A stretch of DNA of 64,000 nt from an uncultured Bacilli bacterium. GTDB lineage: Bacteria > Bacillota_I > Bacilli_A > RF39 > UBA660. Location of the stretch: contig CAJTXC010000001.1 of NCBI GenBank assembly GCA_910580135.1, positions 2,425 through 66,424 on the forward strand, given 5' to 3'. The position numbers and the translations under genes were made by a program. Positions within the stretch are counted from its first letter, which is position 1; the number at the start of each line of letters is the position of its first letter. This document shows positions 17,739 to 28,332 of the stretch, piece by piece. Under the pieces are notes generated by a model. The model did not search any database and was not told the DNA's origin. It saw only the letters and a program-made list of their open reading frames with translations.

Positions 17739-20310
17739 AAAACTTGGAAAAGTTTCTATTACTGTTGAAGAAGATTATTGGGATATAAATAAAGATTACG
17801 ATAAACTTACAATAGTAGAGAAAGAAGGTACTTTTGGTACTTTTATAAGTCGTAAACCTGTTCCTGCTGGAACTGTTCTTACTGACAGAAAATATTGGAT
17901 TCCGTTTAGTTCTCTTAAAGAAGAAATAATTCTTAATTTTAATAAATGGGTAAGTGATTATGGAGCTTTACTTGGTTCACAAGCTGAAACTCTTAATCAT
18001 ATTCAAGAATTAATTAATAGTATTTATGTACATCTTCCTAATGGAGTTGTCTTTAAAGGAGATGTAGATTCTGTTAGACCTGGATTTGAAAGAGAAATTA
18101 TTCTTGAAGGAAAAACTATTAATGAAGAAAATGCTCAGTTTATTCTTTATAAGAATAATGAAGAAATTTATAGAAATGAAAATAGTAATAATTTTAGCAT
18201 TTCTGATATAGTTAATGAAGATACGGAATATAAACTTGTTACTATTCAAAATGGTTATAAATATATTTCTACTTGGAATGTTGCTGTAGCTCTTCCTCTC
18301 TATGCAGGTGGCGGACAAACGTATCAAGATGCTGTTGGAGATAACAAAATAGTAAAAGTTTCCAATGATATTTCTGGTATTTATTCTATTGTAATAGATA
18401 AAGATGGAGATTATATTTTCTTTGTAGCTCCAAAAGGATATTTAATTAAGTCTATTAAAATGAATGGACTTGACGTTCCTATTAAATCTACAAAAGAAGT
18501 TTATCTTGGAACTGATTATGTTATTTATCAATCAGATTATCAATATAAAGCTGGAACTTATCCTATTCAAATTAATGATTATACTGGTTTGAATGGAGAA
18601 GATTTTCTTGGTATTCTTAATTCTTTAGGAGATACAGCATCTGCTGTAGACGTAGCTAATCTTAAAGAGAGAATTGATAATCTTCCTGTTAATGAACTTA
18701 TAGATAAGGAGTATTCTCCTGCTAAGTTCAGCGGAATGGGACGAGTATATCTTCGTAAGAATATCAAGAATAGTAAGAATATTCTTGAGCAAGATATGAT
18801 GCTTAAGAGTAATACTATTTATATTATTCAATATGATTTTGATGCCGAAGACAAAATAATAAATGTTCCAGATAATAGCATTATTATTATAAAAGCTGAT
18901 ATTACTCATTGTAGTTTTGCTTTATCTGATAATACAACAATATATGGATATGGCAAATCTATATATTGTTCAGAAAATAAATCTGCTATAACAATAAAAG
19001 GGAATAATTGTAAAATATATAATATTAATATTTATAAACATACTAATAATTTTTATGGTATAGAAATAAAAGAAAATTCTAAAAATACTATTATATCTGA
19101 ATGTAATGGTTTTGATTTATCATATACTTTTATATCTAATGATGGTATAAATACTATTATTTCTAAATGTAAAGCATATAACTGTAATTGGGACTGTGTA
19201 AATAATTATAGTAATTCGTATAATGCTATAATAGATAATTGTATAGCAGAACTTTGTGGTAGACATGGATTTTCAACAGATGAAGGTGCAAAGTTTATTA
19301 CATTTAAAAACTGTACTGCTATAAATATAGGAAAAATATTAGGAGAAGGTCATACTTGTTTTCATTTTGAAGGAGCTATAAATTCAACTATTATAAATTG
19401 TAAAGCAGTTTATAATTCTAATCATCCTATATTAACAGATGATATAGATTCTATTTTTATAGGAGCAAGAATAGAAACAGGAACTAATAATAAAATAAAC
19501 GGGTTAAGTATAAATTATGATAACAGTTTTAACGAAATTATATCATTATACCCAATTTATATAAACAATACAGATATAGTTAATATATCTAATTTAGAAA
19601 TAGTAAATGATTCTAATAATAAAAAGTGTTATTTAGGAAAAGCAAATGTGATATTAGATAATATAAAAATATTAGGGTCTATAACATTTGAACAAGCATC
19701 TATTAACGGACTTATTTTATCTATATCCAATTCATATATAGACTTAAAAAATACAAATGACGTATTTTATAATGCTAAATATATAGGAGATAATATACTT
19801 ATAAATAATGTTACCTTATATAATGCTAATGCGTTAGTATCAGGAAGATTTATAAATTCTTTATTTCAAAATTGTGTTATAAAAAATTGTGTTACATCTT
19901 TTATATTAAAACAGCAAGAAGGTAATTCTAATGAAAAAAGTGAAAATAATGTTATAAAAAATAATATTTTTATAAATTTAGTAAATGGTGTAACATTAGG
20001 TTGGAATAGTAAAAATTTTAATAGTATTATAACAAGTAATATCTTTGTAGGACATTTTAGTGCTTTAGTAAATGGAAATAATGATAATGCTATATTTATA
20101 AACAATAATATAGATAAAGCAGAATTCGATGTTTTTGTAAAAGATATAACTTTAGTAAAATATCATGGTACAACAAACAAACGTCCAAATGTTATTAATG
20201 AAATAGGATTTCAATATTTTGATACAACTCTTGGTAAACCTATCTATTGGACAGGAACTAAATGGGTAGATGCTACTGGTTCTGATGTTACTACAACTCA
20301 AACTGAATAA
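17722..20310 (+). CDS. tailspike with right-handed parallel beta-helix (depolymerase-like) core
   Basis: Repetitive N/I/C-rich turns occur (IISECNGF, IISKCKAYNC, IIDNCIAELC, ITFKNCTAIN, IINCKAVYN). The C-terminus GKPIYWTGTKWVDATG is fibre-like. Confidence 0.6.
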   Translation: MQLQIEKLGKVSITVEEDYWDINKDYDKLTIVEKEGTFGTFISRKPVPAGTVLTDRKYWIPFSSLKEEIILNFNKWVSDYGALLGSQAETLNHIQELINSIYVHLPNGVVFKGDVDSVRPGFEREIILEGKTINEENAQFILYKNNEEIYRNENSNNFSISDIVNEDTEYKLVTIQNGYKYISTWNVAVALPLYAGGGQTYQDAVGDNKIVKVSNDISGIYSIVIDKDGDYIFFVAPKGYLIKSIKMNGLDVPIKSTKEVYLGTDYVIYQSDYQYKAGTYPIQINDYTGLNGEDFLGILNSLGDTASAVDVANLKERIDNLPVNELIDKEYSPAKFSGMGRVYLRKNIKNSKNILEQDMMLKSNTIYIIQYDFDAEDKIINVPDNSIIIIKADITHCSFALSDNTTIYGYGKSIYCSENKSAITIKGNNCKIYNINIYKHTNNFYGIEIKENSKNTIISECNGFDLSYTFISNDGINTIISKCKAYNCNWDCVNNYSNSYNAIIDNCIAELCGRHGFSTDEGAKFITFKNCTAINIGKILGEGHTCFHFEGAINSTIINCKAVYNSNHPILTDDIDSIFIGARIETGTNNKINGLSINYDNSFNEIISLYPIYINNTDIVNISNLEIVNDSNNKKCYLGKANVILDNIKILGSITFEQASINGLILSISNSYIDLKNTNDVFYNAKYIGDNILINNVTLYNANALVSGRFINSLFQNCVIKNCVTSFILKQQEGNSNEKSENNVIKNNIFINLVNGVTLGWNSKNFNSIITSNIFVGHFSALVNGNNDNAIFINNNIDKAEFDVFVKDITLVKYHGTTNKRPNVINEIGFQYFDTTLGKPIYWTGTKWVDATGSDVTTTQTE

Positions 20311-20313
20311 ACT

Positions 20314-20775
20314 ATGGCAAAGAAAATTATAATTCCAGGTAGACTTCATGCTGGTACTACTGAACAAATAGTTACTGGCTCTAATGAAGTCTTTGATGAT
20401 AAGAGAAACAAAACTCAAGAAGCTGTAAATGATGAGCTTTATGAAACTCAAGAAGTTGCTAATAAAGCTGCTGCTGAGTCTAAATACTATAATGAGCTTA
20501 CTCAAAAAGCTATTGAGGGAATGACTGTTACAGAACAAGAAGTTCTTAAATATTCTCAAGATGTTGTTAAACACGGTAGAGCTATAGAAAAGATTGCAGA
20601 ACAACTTGGTTCTATATATGATAATGATGGTAGAGAAGAAGATGACGAATATCATGGTGGTATTAAACTTAAGCCTATAGAAGAATCAGAAATGGATGTT
20701 ATTCTAGGAGCTGGCACTGCTGCTGATGATACAGTTTATCTTGTTCTTGAACCTGAAACAACTGATAATACTTAA
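20314..20775 (+). CDS. hypothetical protein (153 aa)
   Basis: ATG ORF directly after the tailspike, with an acidic C-terminal half. Confidence 0.55.
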   Translation: MAKKIIIPGRLHAGTTEQIVTGSNEVFDDKRNKTQEAVNDELYETQEVANKAAAESKYYNELTQKAIEGMTVTEQEVLKYSQDVVKHGRAIEKIAEQLGSIYDNDGREEDDEYHGGIKLKPIEESEMDVILGAGTAADDTVYLVLEPETTDNT

Positions 20776-20777
20776 TT

Positions 20778-20936
20778 ATGAGTATATTTGTAAAAGATAG
20801 AGAAATAGATGGTGCTTACTTTGGAAATCGTGTTATCTCTGCTATTTATAAAGGTGGTAGAATAATATGGGAAGCATCTATTCGTTTATGGAAAGGTAAA
20901 CGAGTTTGGAAAAATAAAGCTAAATGGAAGTATTAA
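20778..20936 (+). CDS. small basic ORF (52 aa), not in supplied track
   Basis: Hand translation gives MSIFVKDREIDGAYFGNRVISAIYKGGRIIWEASIRLWKGKRVWKNKAKWKY. It fills an otherwise empty 186-nt gap. Confidence 0.35.
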   Translation: MSIFVKDREIDGAYFGNRVISAIYKGGRIIWEASIRLWKGKRVWKNKAKWKY

Positions 20937-20961
20937 TATTAATGTTTAATTTTATACTTAT

Positions 20962-23900
20962 ATGATTTATAACAAAGGTGAAGAACATATGGATAATCCT
21001 ATTCCTGTAACTGAGGAAAATTTAGGATTTAACACTCCTTGGGAAGGTCATACTTCTAAAGAGATTGAAAGTTATGTATGTTCTGTTTTTGAAAAACTAT
21101 CTGAAAGTTCATCTGCACGATTTACTCTCACTCTTGTAGATGGAAATCTTATTAACTTTGTTGATGGAGTAGATAACATTGTATTCCGATATAAAGTTAA
21201 GTATGCTTCTTCTGAAGAAGTCTTTAATACGTATCGTTTGAGCATTACAGTTAATGGTCAGATTATTCAAGATGGTTATCAGTCTTCTTCTGAAGATGAA
21301 ATTCTAACATCTCCTAATCTTGCTCAGTATCTTAATTCTACAAATGAAAGTACTGTAATAGTTCGTATTCGTGCTTACGATTTGGATGAAAACAATAATG
21401 TAATTGCACAGTCGAGTAATACTATTACATTTAACCGAGTAGTTGGTACACTTGCCCTTCAAGGTATGGTTTTTGGTGCAGTCAATCCTAATGGTATTAG
21501 ATATACTGCTGATTTTGTTCCAACTACTGCTGCTCCTGTAGCTTATCTTAGGTATAAAGTAACTCAACCTGATGGTAGTCTTGTTACATTCACAGACTCT
21601 TCTACGGGGGAGGTAAATAACTATAATGAAATTCCTGTTAGTGCTTCTGGTACTGTAACTGTTCCACTACCAGATAATCTGAGTGATGGTGTTCATACTA
21701 TAACTGCTAAATTAATTGTAGGTAAAACTCAATCTGTTGAAGGTATTTCTACTAACACAATAGTTTACAATTTCCTTACTGTTTCAGATACTGTTGCAGA
21801 TGGAACTCCATTTATTATTGTGGATAGTGTAGATAGTCCTGTTCAGAATGATTATACTCCTGTTAGATATCTTGTTTATATTAAAGGAAAAGAAGCAAGT
21901 TATACTACTCCTCTTCTTTTACAAGATTATTTTAATAATAAGTATAATACTCAAGCTATTAAGAATGTAAAAAATGGAACTATTTATACTTGGAATTATT
22001 TTGTTCCTAATCTTACATCTCTTGGAATGATTACTTGCCAACTCCGTTTTGCTCTTCCTAAAATGCAAAATGGACAAATTGTTTATAATAATAATGGTGA
22101 ACCTCAAATAGACGGTACAGCAGGCACATATAAATCTATTTCTTTTACACCTAAACCAAGTACTATTCCTTGGAATCAAATGGAAGATACATTCCATCTT
22201 TCTGTTAGAAATAAAAGTAATGACGATTATGACGTTGGTACTCTTAAAGATAATGGATATGAAATGGAATTTGAAGATTTCCAATGGAATACTTCTGGTA
22301 GTGGTTATACTCAATTAACTATTGATGGTGTTACATCTAATGTTCTTAAATTTGTAGGTAACAGTAAAGCTACTATTAAAAATTTCTTCCCGTTCTACGA
22401 TACTACTCCTTATAATGCTGCAAATTCTGTAGGTGGTGGTATTCTTGCTACAGGTCGTACTCTTAAGATTAAGTTTGCTGTATCTAATGTTTCTAATGCT
22501 GAAGCTAAAGTTATAGATTGTTATGATGATAGTAATCCTGGTATGGGTTTCTATATTACTGGTAACGGTATGTATCTTAAGTTTGTAGAAGAACTTGTAA
22601 GTAAACCTGAAGAGTATCAAACTGCATCTGGTCATAACGATAGACGTTTTAGTGAAAATAAATGTATTGAACTTTGTATTACTATTCAACCATATTGGGG
22701 TGCTGGTAATATAGAGTCTGCTCATGAAGTTCGATACTATATTAATGGTGAGCTTGCTGGTTTCCGTAAGATTGCTGCTACAACGTCTTTGAGTCAAGTT
22801 GTACCTAAAACTATATCATTTGGAGGTAAAGGTGCTATCTTGTATCTTTATGAAGTTAAATATAAGAATAAATGTATTACTCCTTTTGAAGTTCTTCAAG
22901 AATATGGTATGAGTCAAGATAGTTCTAAGGCTCTTAACAACTTCTATGAAAAGAATAGTTTTTATACTCTTCGCACTAATTCAAATGGGGAAACTTATCC
23001 TGAAATTACTCTTAAGGATGCAATTAACTATGGTAAATATTTAGCAAGCAAAGGAGTAACTGATTTTGCTGTTTTTGTTACTACTAATGATTGTAACGCT
23101 GAACGATATACTGCTAATGGTGGTAAAGCTAACACAAAAGAGTATGCTCAAGATGCTGAATCTTTATATATTTATAGATTCCGTCAAAATGAAAAAGGAG
23201 AAGGTGAAATTGACCCTGATATGACTTTCTATATCGAAGGTCATGATGATAATGAAGAACAAACTTGGTATCTAGGTGAAGAAGATGGTGAAACTAAAGG
23301 CGCTCTTCGTTTTCGCCGTCAAGGTACATCAACAGCTGATGGTACTAAAGGTAATATTCGTTGGGATGTTCGTGCAACTTGTCTTCTTCATAAGTTTAAT
23401 CCTGCTACTCAGAGATTCTTTGATGAATATACTAAGATTAAGAAAAAATGGGAAGGATTTTATATTCCTGATAAAAATGCTATTCCTTGTTTCCTTGTAA
23501 CAGCTAAAAAGAATGTTAATGAGTCTACTCATACTCGTAACGTTCCTACAGCTAAATGGTTTGAAGCTTGTTCTCGTGCTCTTGCTAAAGCAGATGAGAA
23601 ATATGAGGATATTCTTACTCCTCCTCAAAGGGCTGAATTAAAGAGTATTCAAACTGCTTATCCTAGTCTTAGTCGTTCACAGCAGATTGACAGAATTAAG
23701 ACTCGTCAAGTTATTGACGGTATTACTTCTTTAGGATTTAGAATTCAATATTCTAAAGACGCTGCTGGTAAATATCTTCCTGTTACTGACCCAACTCTTT
23801 CTACTCTTGAATGTGAATTTATAGGTCAATATGATTTGACTACTGATAAAAAGAATATGAAAATATTTGGTTTTGGTGGTCATATTGAACATAATTCAGA

Positions 23901-25827
23901 CGGTAGTTTTGATTGGGTTAAAGATACAGACGATGAAGATTTCTCTTTAGAGTATGGTAATAATACCAATCCTCTGTCTTCTTTTAAGAGTCAAAACTGG
24001 GGAACAGCTGCTGCTCGTAATGATTTTGAATATAGGTATCCTGAAGATATAGATACAATTCCTGGTCTTGGAGCTTCAAGTACTGAAACTCCTAGTATCG
24101 GACTTGAACTTGATGGTCCTATGCAAGCTCTTTATGATTTTGTTGCTACTTGTGACCCTAATAAAGAAGAAGGTATTTATTATAGGAATGGTGGTAAATA
24201 TACTGGTCAACTTCCTTTCTTAAATGGTGGACAAAATCTAATTGACCCATTTACTAAAAATCCTATTAGTCTTGGAAGTTCAGCAGATGATACTGTTGCT
24301 AACCGTAAGATTAAATTTTATAATGAACTTAAATATTACGGAGTAGTTAATCAACTTCTTATTTATTATATTGGAACTGTAGATACTCCTCTTGGTGTTG
24401 ACCAAGAAGCTAAGAATATCTTTATGGGTCGATATGGTGATAGAAAACTTTCAAGTGGAGAAATAGTTGCTGGTGATGTTATTCAAGTTAGTAATAATAT
24501 AAATAAGCTTCTTCGTATTCTTGGTTACGACTATGATACTAACTGGCGACTTGATAATAATAATAACTTTAAGTTCCTTTATACAGTTCTTTATCAAGAC
24601 CATCTTTATGATGCTGGTGGTTCTGTTCTTTGGGATTTAATCAGAGAATGCTTTGCTACTGAGATTGCTGAAATGAAGAGTCGTCTTTATGGTACTCTAC
24701 TTTCTAAATCAGTAATTAACAATAACGGAGATATAACGAATGGTGTTCTTTATTATCTATTTACTAAACATATAGATAATTATAACTCTATTCAATATAA
24801 TGCTAACTCTGAATTCTGTTATACTTCCAAAGCAAGTGATTATCCTAAATCTCACGGTTCAGCTCGTGAAGATATTGAATGGTTTGTAGATGGTCGTCTG
24901 AGATTTGTATCTGGTCTTGATTTTAATCCTGATAAAAACAGTAATGATACAAGTTCAGACTTTGGTAAAGGACGTTTCTATGGAACTCCTACTCTGCCTG
25001 CTAACCTTGATGACGGTAATTACTACAATATGTTAGGATATACTAAAGATGAAATTGGTTCTAATGGTAGTCCTATAACTCCTGTAGTTAGTAAAGAAAA
25101 TAGATTTGCTGTTACTGTAACTGCATATGAACGTACTAATTTGGCATTTGCTAAAGGTCGTCCTGCAAGTACATTTAATAGTGTATTTATTAATGTAACT
25201 CCTACTGTAGTAAACGGTATTATAACAGGTTACACTCGTCCTGAAGTCACTCTTAAAGCTAAAGAATTTTATAATCCTGGCATTTCTGATGCTGCTGTTT
25301 ATCTTCATGGTTGTAAACAAATTAAGACTATTGTAGGTCTTGAGAAATGGTATCTTGAAACTATTAACTCTTGGGGTGATTTAACTAATGTTGAAGAACT
25401 TAATCTTGGTAGTCTTGATGAAATTACTCTTCCTGATGGTACAAAAGCAGCTTACAAAAATCCGAATTTAACTTCGCTTAACTTGGTTGCTGACGGAAAA
25501 CCTGTTATATTTGGGTCTTGTAAAAAGCTAAATCTTGCAGGTATTTCTAATATGACTCAAGTATCTCTTCTTGAATTTCCAGTTCTTGAAGTATTTGAAG
25601 GTCGTAATATGCCTGGTACTTCTGAAGTTGTACATCCTGTAGGAAATAGTCTTAGTGAAGCAAATTATGGAGATGGTCTTACTAAATGGGAAATAAGTAA
25701 TAAGCCAAATCTTGAAATTATTACTTTCCAAAGTATAGATGATATAAATACAATCAGTGTTACTCAATCTTCACAAACTGCTTCTGTTAAAGCAATTAAT
25801 ATGCTTATAGAACTTGTTAATAATTAA
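20962..25827 (+). CDS. very large tail fibre/host-interaction protein (1621 aa) with LamG/ConA-like and LRR-like regions
   Basis: GRTLKIKFAVSN...GMGFYITGNGMYLKF...YYINGELAGF resembles a LamG jelly-roll. The C-terminal LTNVEELNLGSL...NPNLTSLNL...CKKLNLAGISNM resembles leucine-rich repeats. Confidence 0.5.
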   Translation: MIYNKGEEHMDNPIPVTEENLGFNTPWEGHTSKEIESYVCSVFEKLSESSSARFTLTLVDGNLINFVDGVDNIVFRYKVKYASSEEVFNTYRLSITVNGQIIQDGYQSSSEDEILTSPNLAQYLNSTNESTVIVRIRAYDLDENNNVIAQSSNTITFNRVVGTLALQGMVFGAVNPNGIRYTADFVPTTAAPVAYLRYKVTQPDGSLVTFTDSSTGEVNNYNEIPVSASGTVTVPLPDNLSDGVHTITAKLIVGKTQSVEGISTNTIVYNFLTVSDTVADGTPFIIVDSVDSPVQNDYTPVRYLVYIKGKEASYTTPLLLQDYFNNKYNTQAIKNVKNGTIYTWNYFVPNLTSLGMITCQLRFALPKMQNGQIVYNNNGEPQIDGTAGTYKSISFTPKPSTIPWNQMEDTFHLSVRNKSNDDYDVGTLKDNGYEMEFEDFQWNTSGSGYTQLTIDGVTSNVLKFVGNSKATIKNFFPFYDTTPYNAANSVGGGILATGRTLKIKFAVSNVSNAEAKVIDCYDDSNPGMGFYITGNGMYLKFVEELVSKPEEYQTASGHNDRRFSENKCIELCITIQPYWGAGNIESAHEVRYYINGELAGFRKIAATTSLSQVVPKTISFGGKGAILYLYEVKYKNKCITPFEVLQEYGMSQDSSKALNNFYEKNSFYTLRTNSNGETYPEITLKDAINYGKYLASKGVTDFAVFVTTNDCNAERYTANGGKANTKEYAQDAESLYIYRFRQNEKGEGEIDPDMTFYIEGHDDNEEQTWYLGEEDGETKGALRFRRQGTSTADGTKGNIRWDVRATCLLHKFNPATQRFFDEYTKIKKKWEGFYIPDKNAIPCFLVTAKKNVNESTHTRNVPTAKWFEACSRALAKADEKYEDILTPPQRAELKSIQTAYPSLSRSQQIDRIKTRQVIDGITSLGFRIQYSKDAAGKYLPVTDPTLSTLECEFIGQYDLTTDKKNMKIFGFGGHIEHNSDGSFDWVKDTDDEDFSLEYGNNTNPLSSFKSQNWGTAAARNDFEYRYPEDIDTIPGLGASSTETPSIGLELDGPMQALYDFVATCDPNKEEGIYYRNGGKYTGQLPFLNGGQNLIDPFTKNPISLGSSADDTVANRKIKFYNELKYYGVVNQLLIYYIGTVDTPLGVDQEAKNIFMGRYGDRKLSSGEIVAGDVIQVSNNINKLLRILGYDYDTNWRLDNNNNFKFLYTVLYQDHLYDAGGSVLWDLIRECFATEIAEMKSRLYGTLLSKSVINNNGDITNGVLYYLFTKHIDNYNSIQYNANSEFCYTSKASDYPKSHGSAREDIEWFVDGRLRFVSGLDFNPDKNSNDTSSDFGKGRFYGTPTLPANLDDGNYYNMLGYTKDEIGSNGSPITPVVSKENRFAVTVTAYERTNLAFAKGRPASTFNSVFINVTPTVVNGIITGYTRPEVTLKAKEFYNPGISDAAVYLHGCKQIKTIVGLEKWYLETINSWGDLTNVEELNLGSLDEITLPDGTKAAYKNPNLTSLNLVADGKPVIFGSCKKLNLAGISNMTQVSLLEFPVLEVFEGRNMPGTSEVVHPVGNSLSEANYGDGLTKWEISNKPNLEIITFQSIDDINTISVTQSSQTASVKAINMLIELVNN
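21601..21612 (+). repeat. iterated motif, exact TCTACGGGGGAG
   Basis: Context gactcTTCTACGGGGGAGGTAAAT, inside ORF 20962-25827, read as SSTGEVN. Confidence 0.9.
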
Positions 25828-25834
25828 TCAAAAC

Positions 25835-28090
25835 ATGGCATTACAAAACTTTACTTGGAACAATGGGACTCAAAGTAGTCCTATTGTTCTATCCTTTGAA
25901 CAAATTGCAGCTCTCTCTGCTGCTGGTAAAAATCCTGATATTACTACAGATATTGGCGGATTTATTACAACGAATAGTCATAAAATTCAAAAGTTTCTTA
26001 AACTTTCTCTTGAAGAGCAATTTCCTAAACTTACGGTTGTTGTCGATGAAGAACTTGCTGATACTTTTGGAGTTAATGTTAGTAATCCTAATATAAATGA
26101 AGGAAGTTCTATCCCTATTAATATAACTGGAGATTCTGGTATTACTCATGATTATCTTCTTTGGAATCTTAATTATAAGAGTGTAACAATAGATGGAGAT
26201 ATATCTGAAGCTATTATCAAATCTCGTATTCATATTACTAATGGACAAATAGTAGTAGATGACCCTCAAGAAAATGCTAGTTGGCAAGTTGTACTTGAGA
26301 TTACTGCTTATCCTAGTTATTATGAAGGAACTAATCTTTCTTCTATTCCTGAATCTAGTCGTCCTAGCTTTACTGTAGCTATAAATGCTAAAGCTATTAC
26401 AGCAATTACTGCTACAACTAAAGAAGAAATTCCTATTAATTCTAGTGTAGAAATAAAAGTAACTCCTACTCCTTCTGATTCTACTAAACTTAAAGGAGCA
26501 ACTTACACTTATACTACGAGCACTCCTAATACAGTGTTTTGTGCTGGTGATTATATTAGAACTCAAGGAAATTCAGGTGCAGGTGTTGTTACTGTAAATC
26601 TTAATACCTGTGGTGGTAAAGTTAAACTTAATACTACAGTTAATTTTACAGTATATGATTTACGTCCTATGACTTTCATTATAGACCAAAGGTATCTTTC
26701 TAATCTTAGTGACCCTGTTGGAATGGTATCTGAAAACTGTATTCTTAATGCAGATGGTAGTCTTACTAGTATTTCTAATACAGGTAAAGATGGTAATCCT
26801 AACAACAATACTCTTACTTGGATTAGGCAAAATACTCATGCTTTTGTTAGTCGCTATATGGGTTTTTCTGGTCTTAGACTTAAACAACTTAGCGATACTA
26901 CAAGAAAGAAATTTGCTGATGGTACAAGTTCTGTAGACTATATATCTAACGAAAGCGGAGAATTTGACGTTTTCCTTAAATTTGGTAGTGATATTTTCTA
27001 TAAAACCGAAGCATTTACTCCTCAAGGACAAGCTAATCCTAATGTAGATTATGTTGCTGTTACTATAGCAAAAGAACTTTCTGAAGGAGAAAGTGAAGCT
27101 AATTGGGTTAAATGGAGTCAATATAAACTTATTGGAGTTTATCCTGCTTGTCAAATTGGTAATAAACTTTATAGTCTATCAGGAAAACGTTCTGTAAATA
27201 ATATTTCACAAACTAATAGTATAGCTAGAGCTAAAGCTCGTGGAACTAATTTTAATATTTGTGATTATGATATGACTAAATTATTTGCTTTCTTATTCTA
27301 TGGATATTATAGTTCTTTAGGATGTCAGCAAATATGCGGTTATGGTACTTCTAATCTTGTAAATAATGTTTATTATCCTAAGATTACAGGTGGTACTGAC
27401 GAACTTGCTATGACAGATACTGATACCACTACTGGTAATGGTGCTGCTACTCCTGATTCTGACCAAATTAAAGCAGGTACTGGTTCTGATATTAAATCGG
27501 TTAACTTCTGGGGTCTTGAAAAATGTTGGGGAGATTTATCTGAGTGGATTTCTAATCTTAGAGTTATGGAAGCTGCTCGTCCTGAAAGTAACAATACTCC
27601 AAATGTATCTGATTATATAGCTGATTATCTTGATGAGTATATTAGTATAACTATTACTAAACAAGATGGTACAGATGTAACTTATACTTCTAAAGCAGAT
27701 TTCCTTGCAGCTTATGATAATCCTGCTTCTCGATTCTTAGCTATTACTGATAAGAACAATGTAATTGTTCGAGCTATTGATGTAGGTAAAACTGCTAATA
27801 GTGAAGGATATATTAAAAAGATGATTTTTGGTAAGCACGCGGATATTATTGCAAAAGAGTATAATAATGGCGCTGGAGCTGATACTGGTTTTTGTGATTA
27901 TGGTCGCGTTAGTTCTGCTGGTCGTGTTGCGCTTCGGTCTGATTATTCCGCTAGTCCTGCTGGTGGGGTTGGTTGTCTCCATGCTTGGGCTGCGGCTGGT
28001 AGTGCTTATTCGTATGTCGGTGCTCGTTTGCTTTATGACGGAGATGAGAATACTGTTTATATTATAAACGACGCAACAGAAACTCTTTAA
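25835..28090 (+). CDS. DGR target protein: tail fibre/receptor-binding protein with C-terminal variable region
   Basis: The track ORF starts at TTG 25814, and ATG 25835 (MALQNF) is the more likely start. The last ~65 aa (GRVSSAGRVALRSDYSASPAGGVGCLHAWAAAGSAYSYVGARLLY) are encoded by the VR. The invariant C, W and R spacing is typical of C-type-lectin-fold DGR targets. Confidence 0.8.
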   Translation: MALQNFTWNNGTQSSPIVLSFEQIAALSAAGKNPDITTDIGGFITTNSHKIQKFLKLSLEEQFPKLTVVVDEELADTFGVNVSNPNINEGSSIPINITGDSGITHDYLLWNLNYKSVTIDGDISEAIIKSRIHITNGQIVVDDPQENASWQVVLEITAYPSYYEGTNLSSIPESSRPSFTVAINAKAITAITATTKEEIPINSSVEIKVTPTPSDSTKLKGATYTYTTSTPNTVFCAGDYIRTQGNSGAGVVTVNLNTCGGKVKLNTTVNFTVYDLRPMTFIIDQRYLSNLSDPVGMVSENCILNADGSLTSISNTGKDGNPNNNTLTWIRQNTHAFVSRYMGFSGLRLKQLSDTTRKKFADGTSSVDYISNESGEFDVFLKFGSDIFYKTEAFTPQGQANPNVDYVAVTIAKELSEGESEANWVKWSQYKLIGVYPACQIGNKLYSLSGKRSVNNISQTNSIARAKARGTNFNICDYDMTKLFAFLFYGYYSSLGCQQICGYGTSNLVNNVYYPKITGGTDELAMTDTDTTTGNGAATPDSDQIKAGTGSDIKSVNFWGLEKCWGDLSEWISNLRVMEAARPESNNTPNVSDYIADYLDEYISITITKQDGTDVTYTSKADFLAAYDNPASRFLAITDKNNVIVRAIDVGKTANSEGYIKKMIFGKHADIIAKEYNNGAGADTGFCDYGRVSSAGRVALRSDYSASPAGGVGCLHAWAAAGSAYSYVGARLLYDGDENTVYIINDATETL
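27900..28034 (+). repeat. DGR variable region (VR)
   Basis: 135 nt align without gaps to 28182-28316. All 35 mismatches are at TR adenines. Confidence 0.9.
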
Positions 28091-28181
28091 GATATAATTA
28101 ATAAAGGTAAGATTGGTCTATATAATGATAGGTATTTCTAACACAAGATACGAGGTAATGGACTTGCTTAGTTAAAAAGAG

Positions 28182-28316
28182 ATAGTAACGTTAATTCTAC
28201 TAGTAATGTTGCACATCAGTCTAATAATTCCACTAATCCTAATAGTGGAGTTAGTTGTCTCAATACTTGGAATACAGCTAGTAATACTAATTCGAATATC
28301 AGTACTCGTTTACTTT
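28182..28316 (+). repeat. DGR template region (TR)
   Basis: A non-coding copy of the VR starts 91 nt after the target stop codon. It has 44 adenines. Read in the target frame it contains 12 AAY codons. Confidence 0.9.
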
Positions 28317-28317
28317 C

Positions 28318-28332
28318 CTGTTGGTTCAACAG
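28318..28332 (+). other. short hairpin immediately 3' of TR
   Basis: ctgttg gtt caacag: a 6-bp perfect stem with a 3-nt loop. Confidence 0.4.

Noticed and set aside
25814-25834. N-terminal extensions given in the ORF track at 25814, 30329, 31201 and 33990.
   Set aside because: All four start at TTG. Two of them (31201 and 33990) begin inside TAnnTTTG promoter boxes. An ATG with a plausible leader lies shortly downstream in each case (25835, 30419, 31264, 34035).
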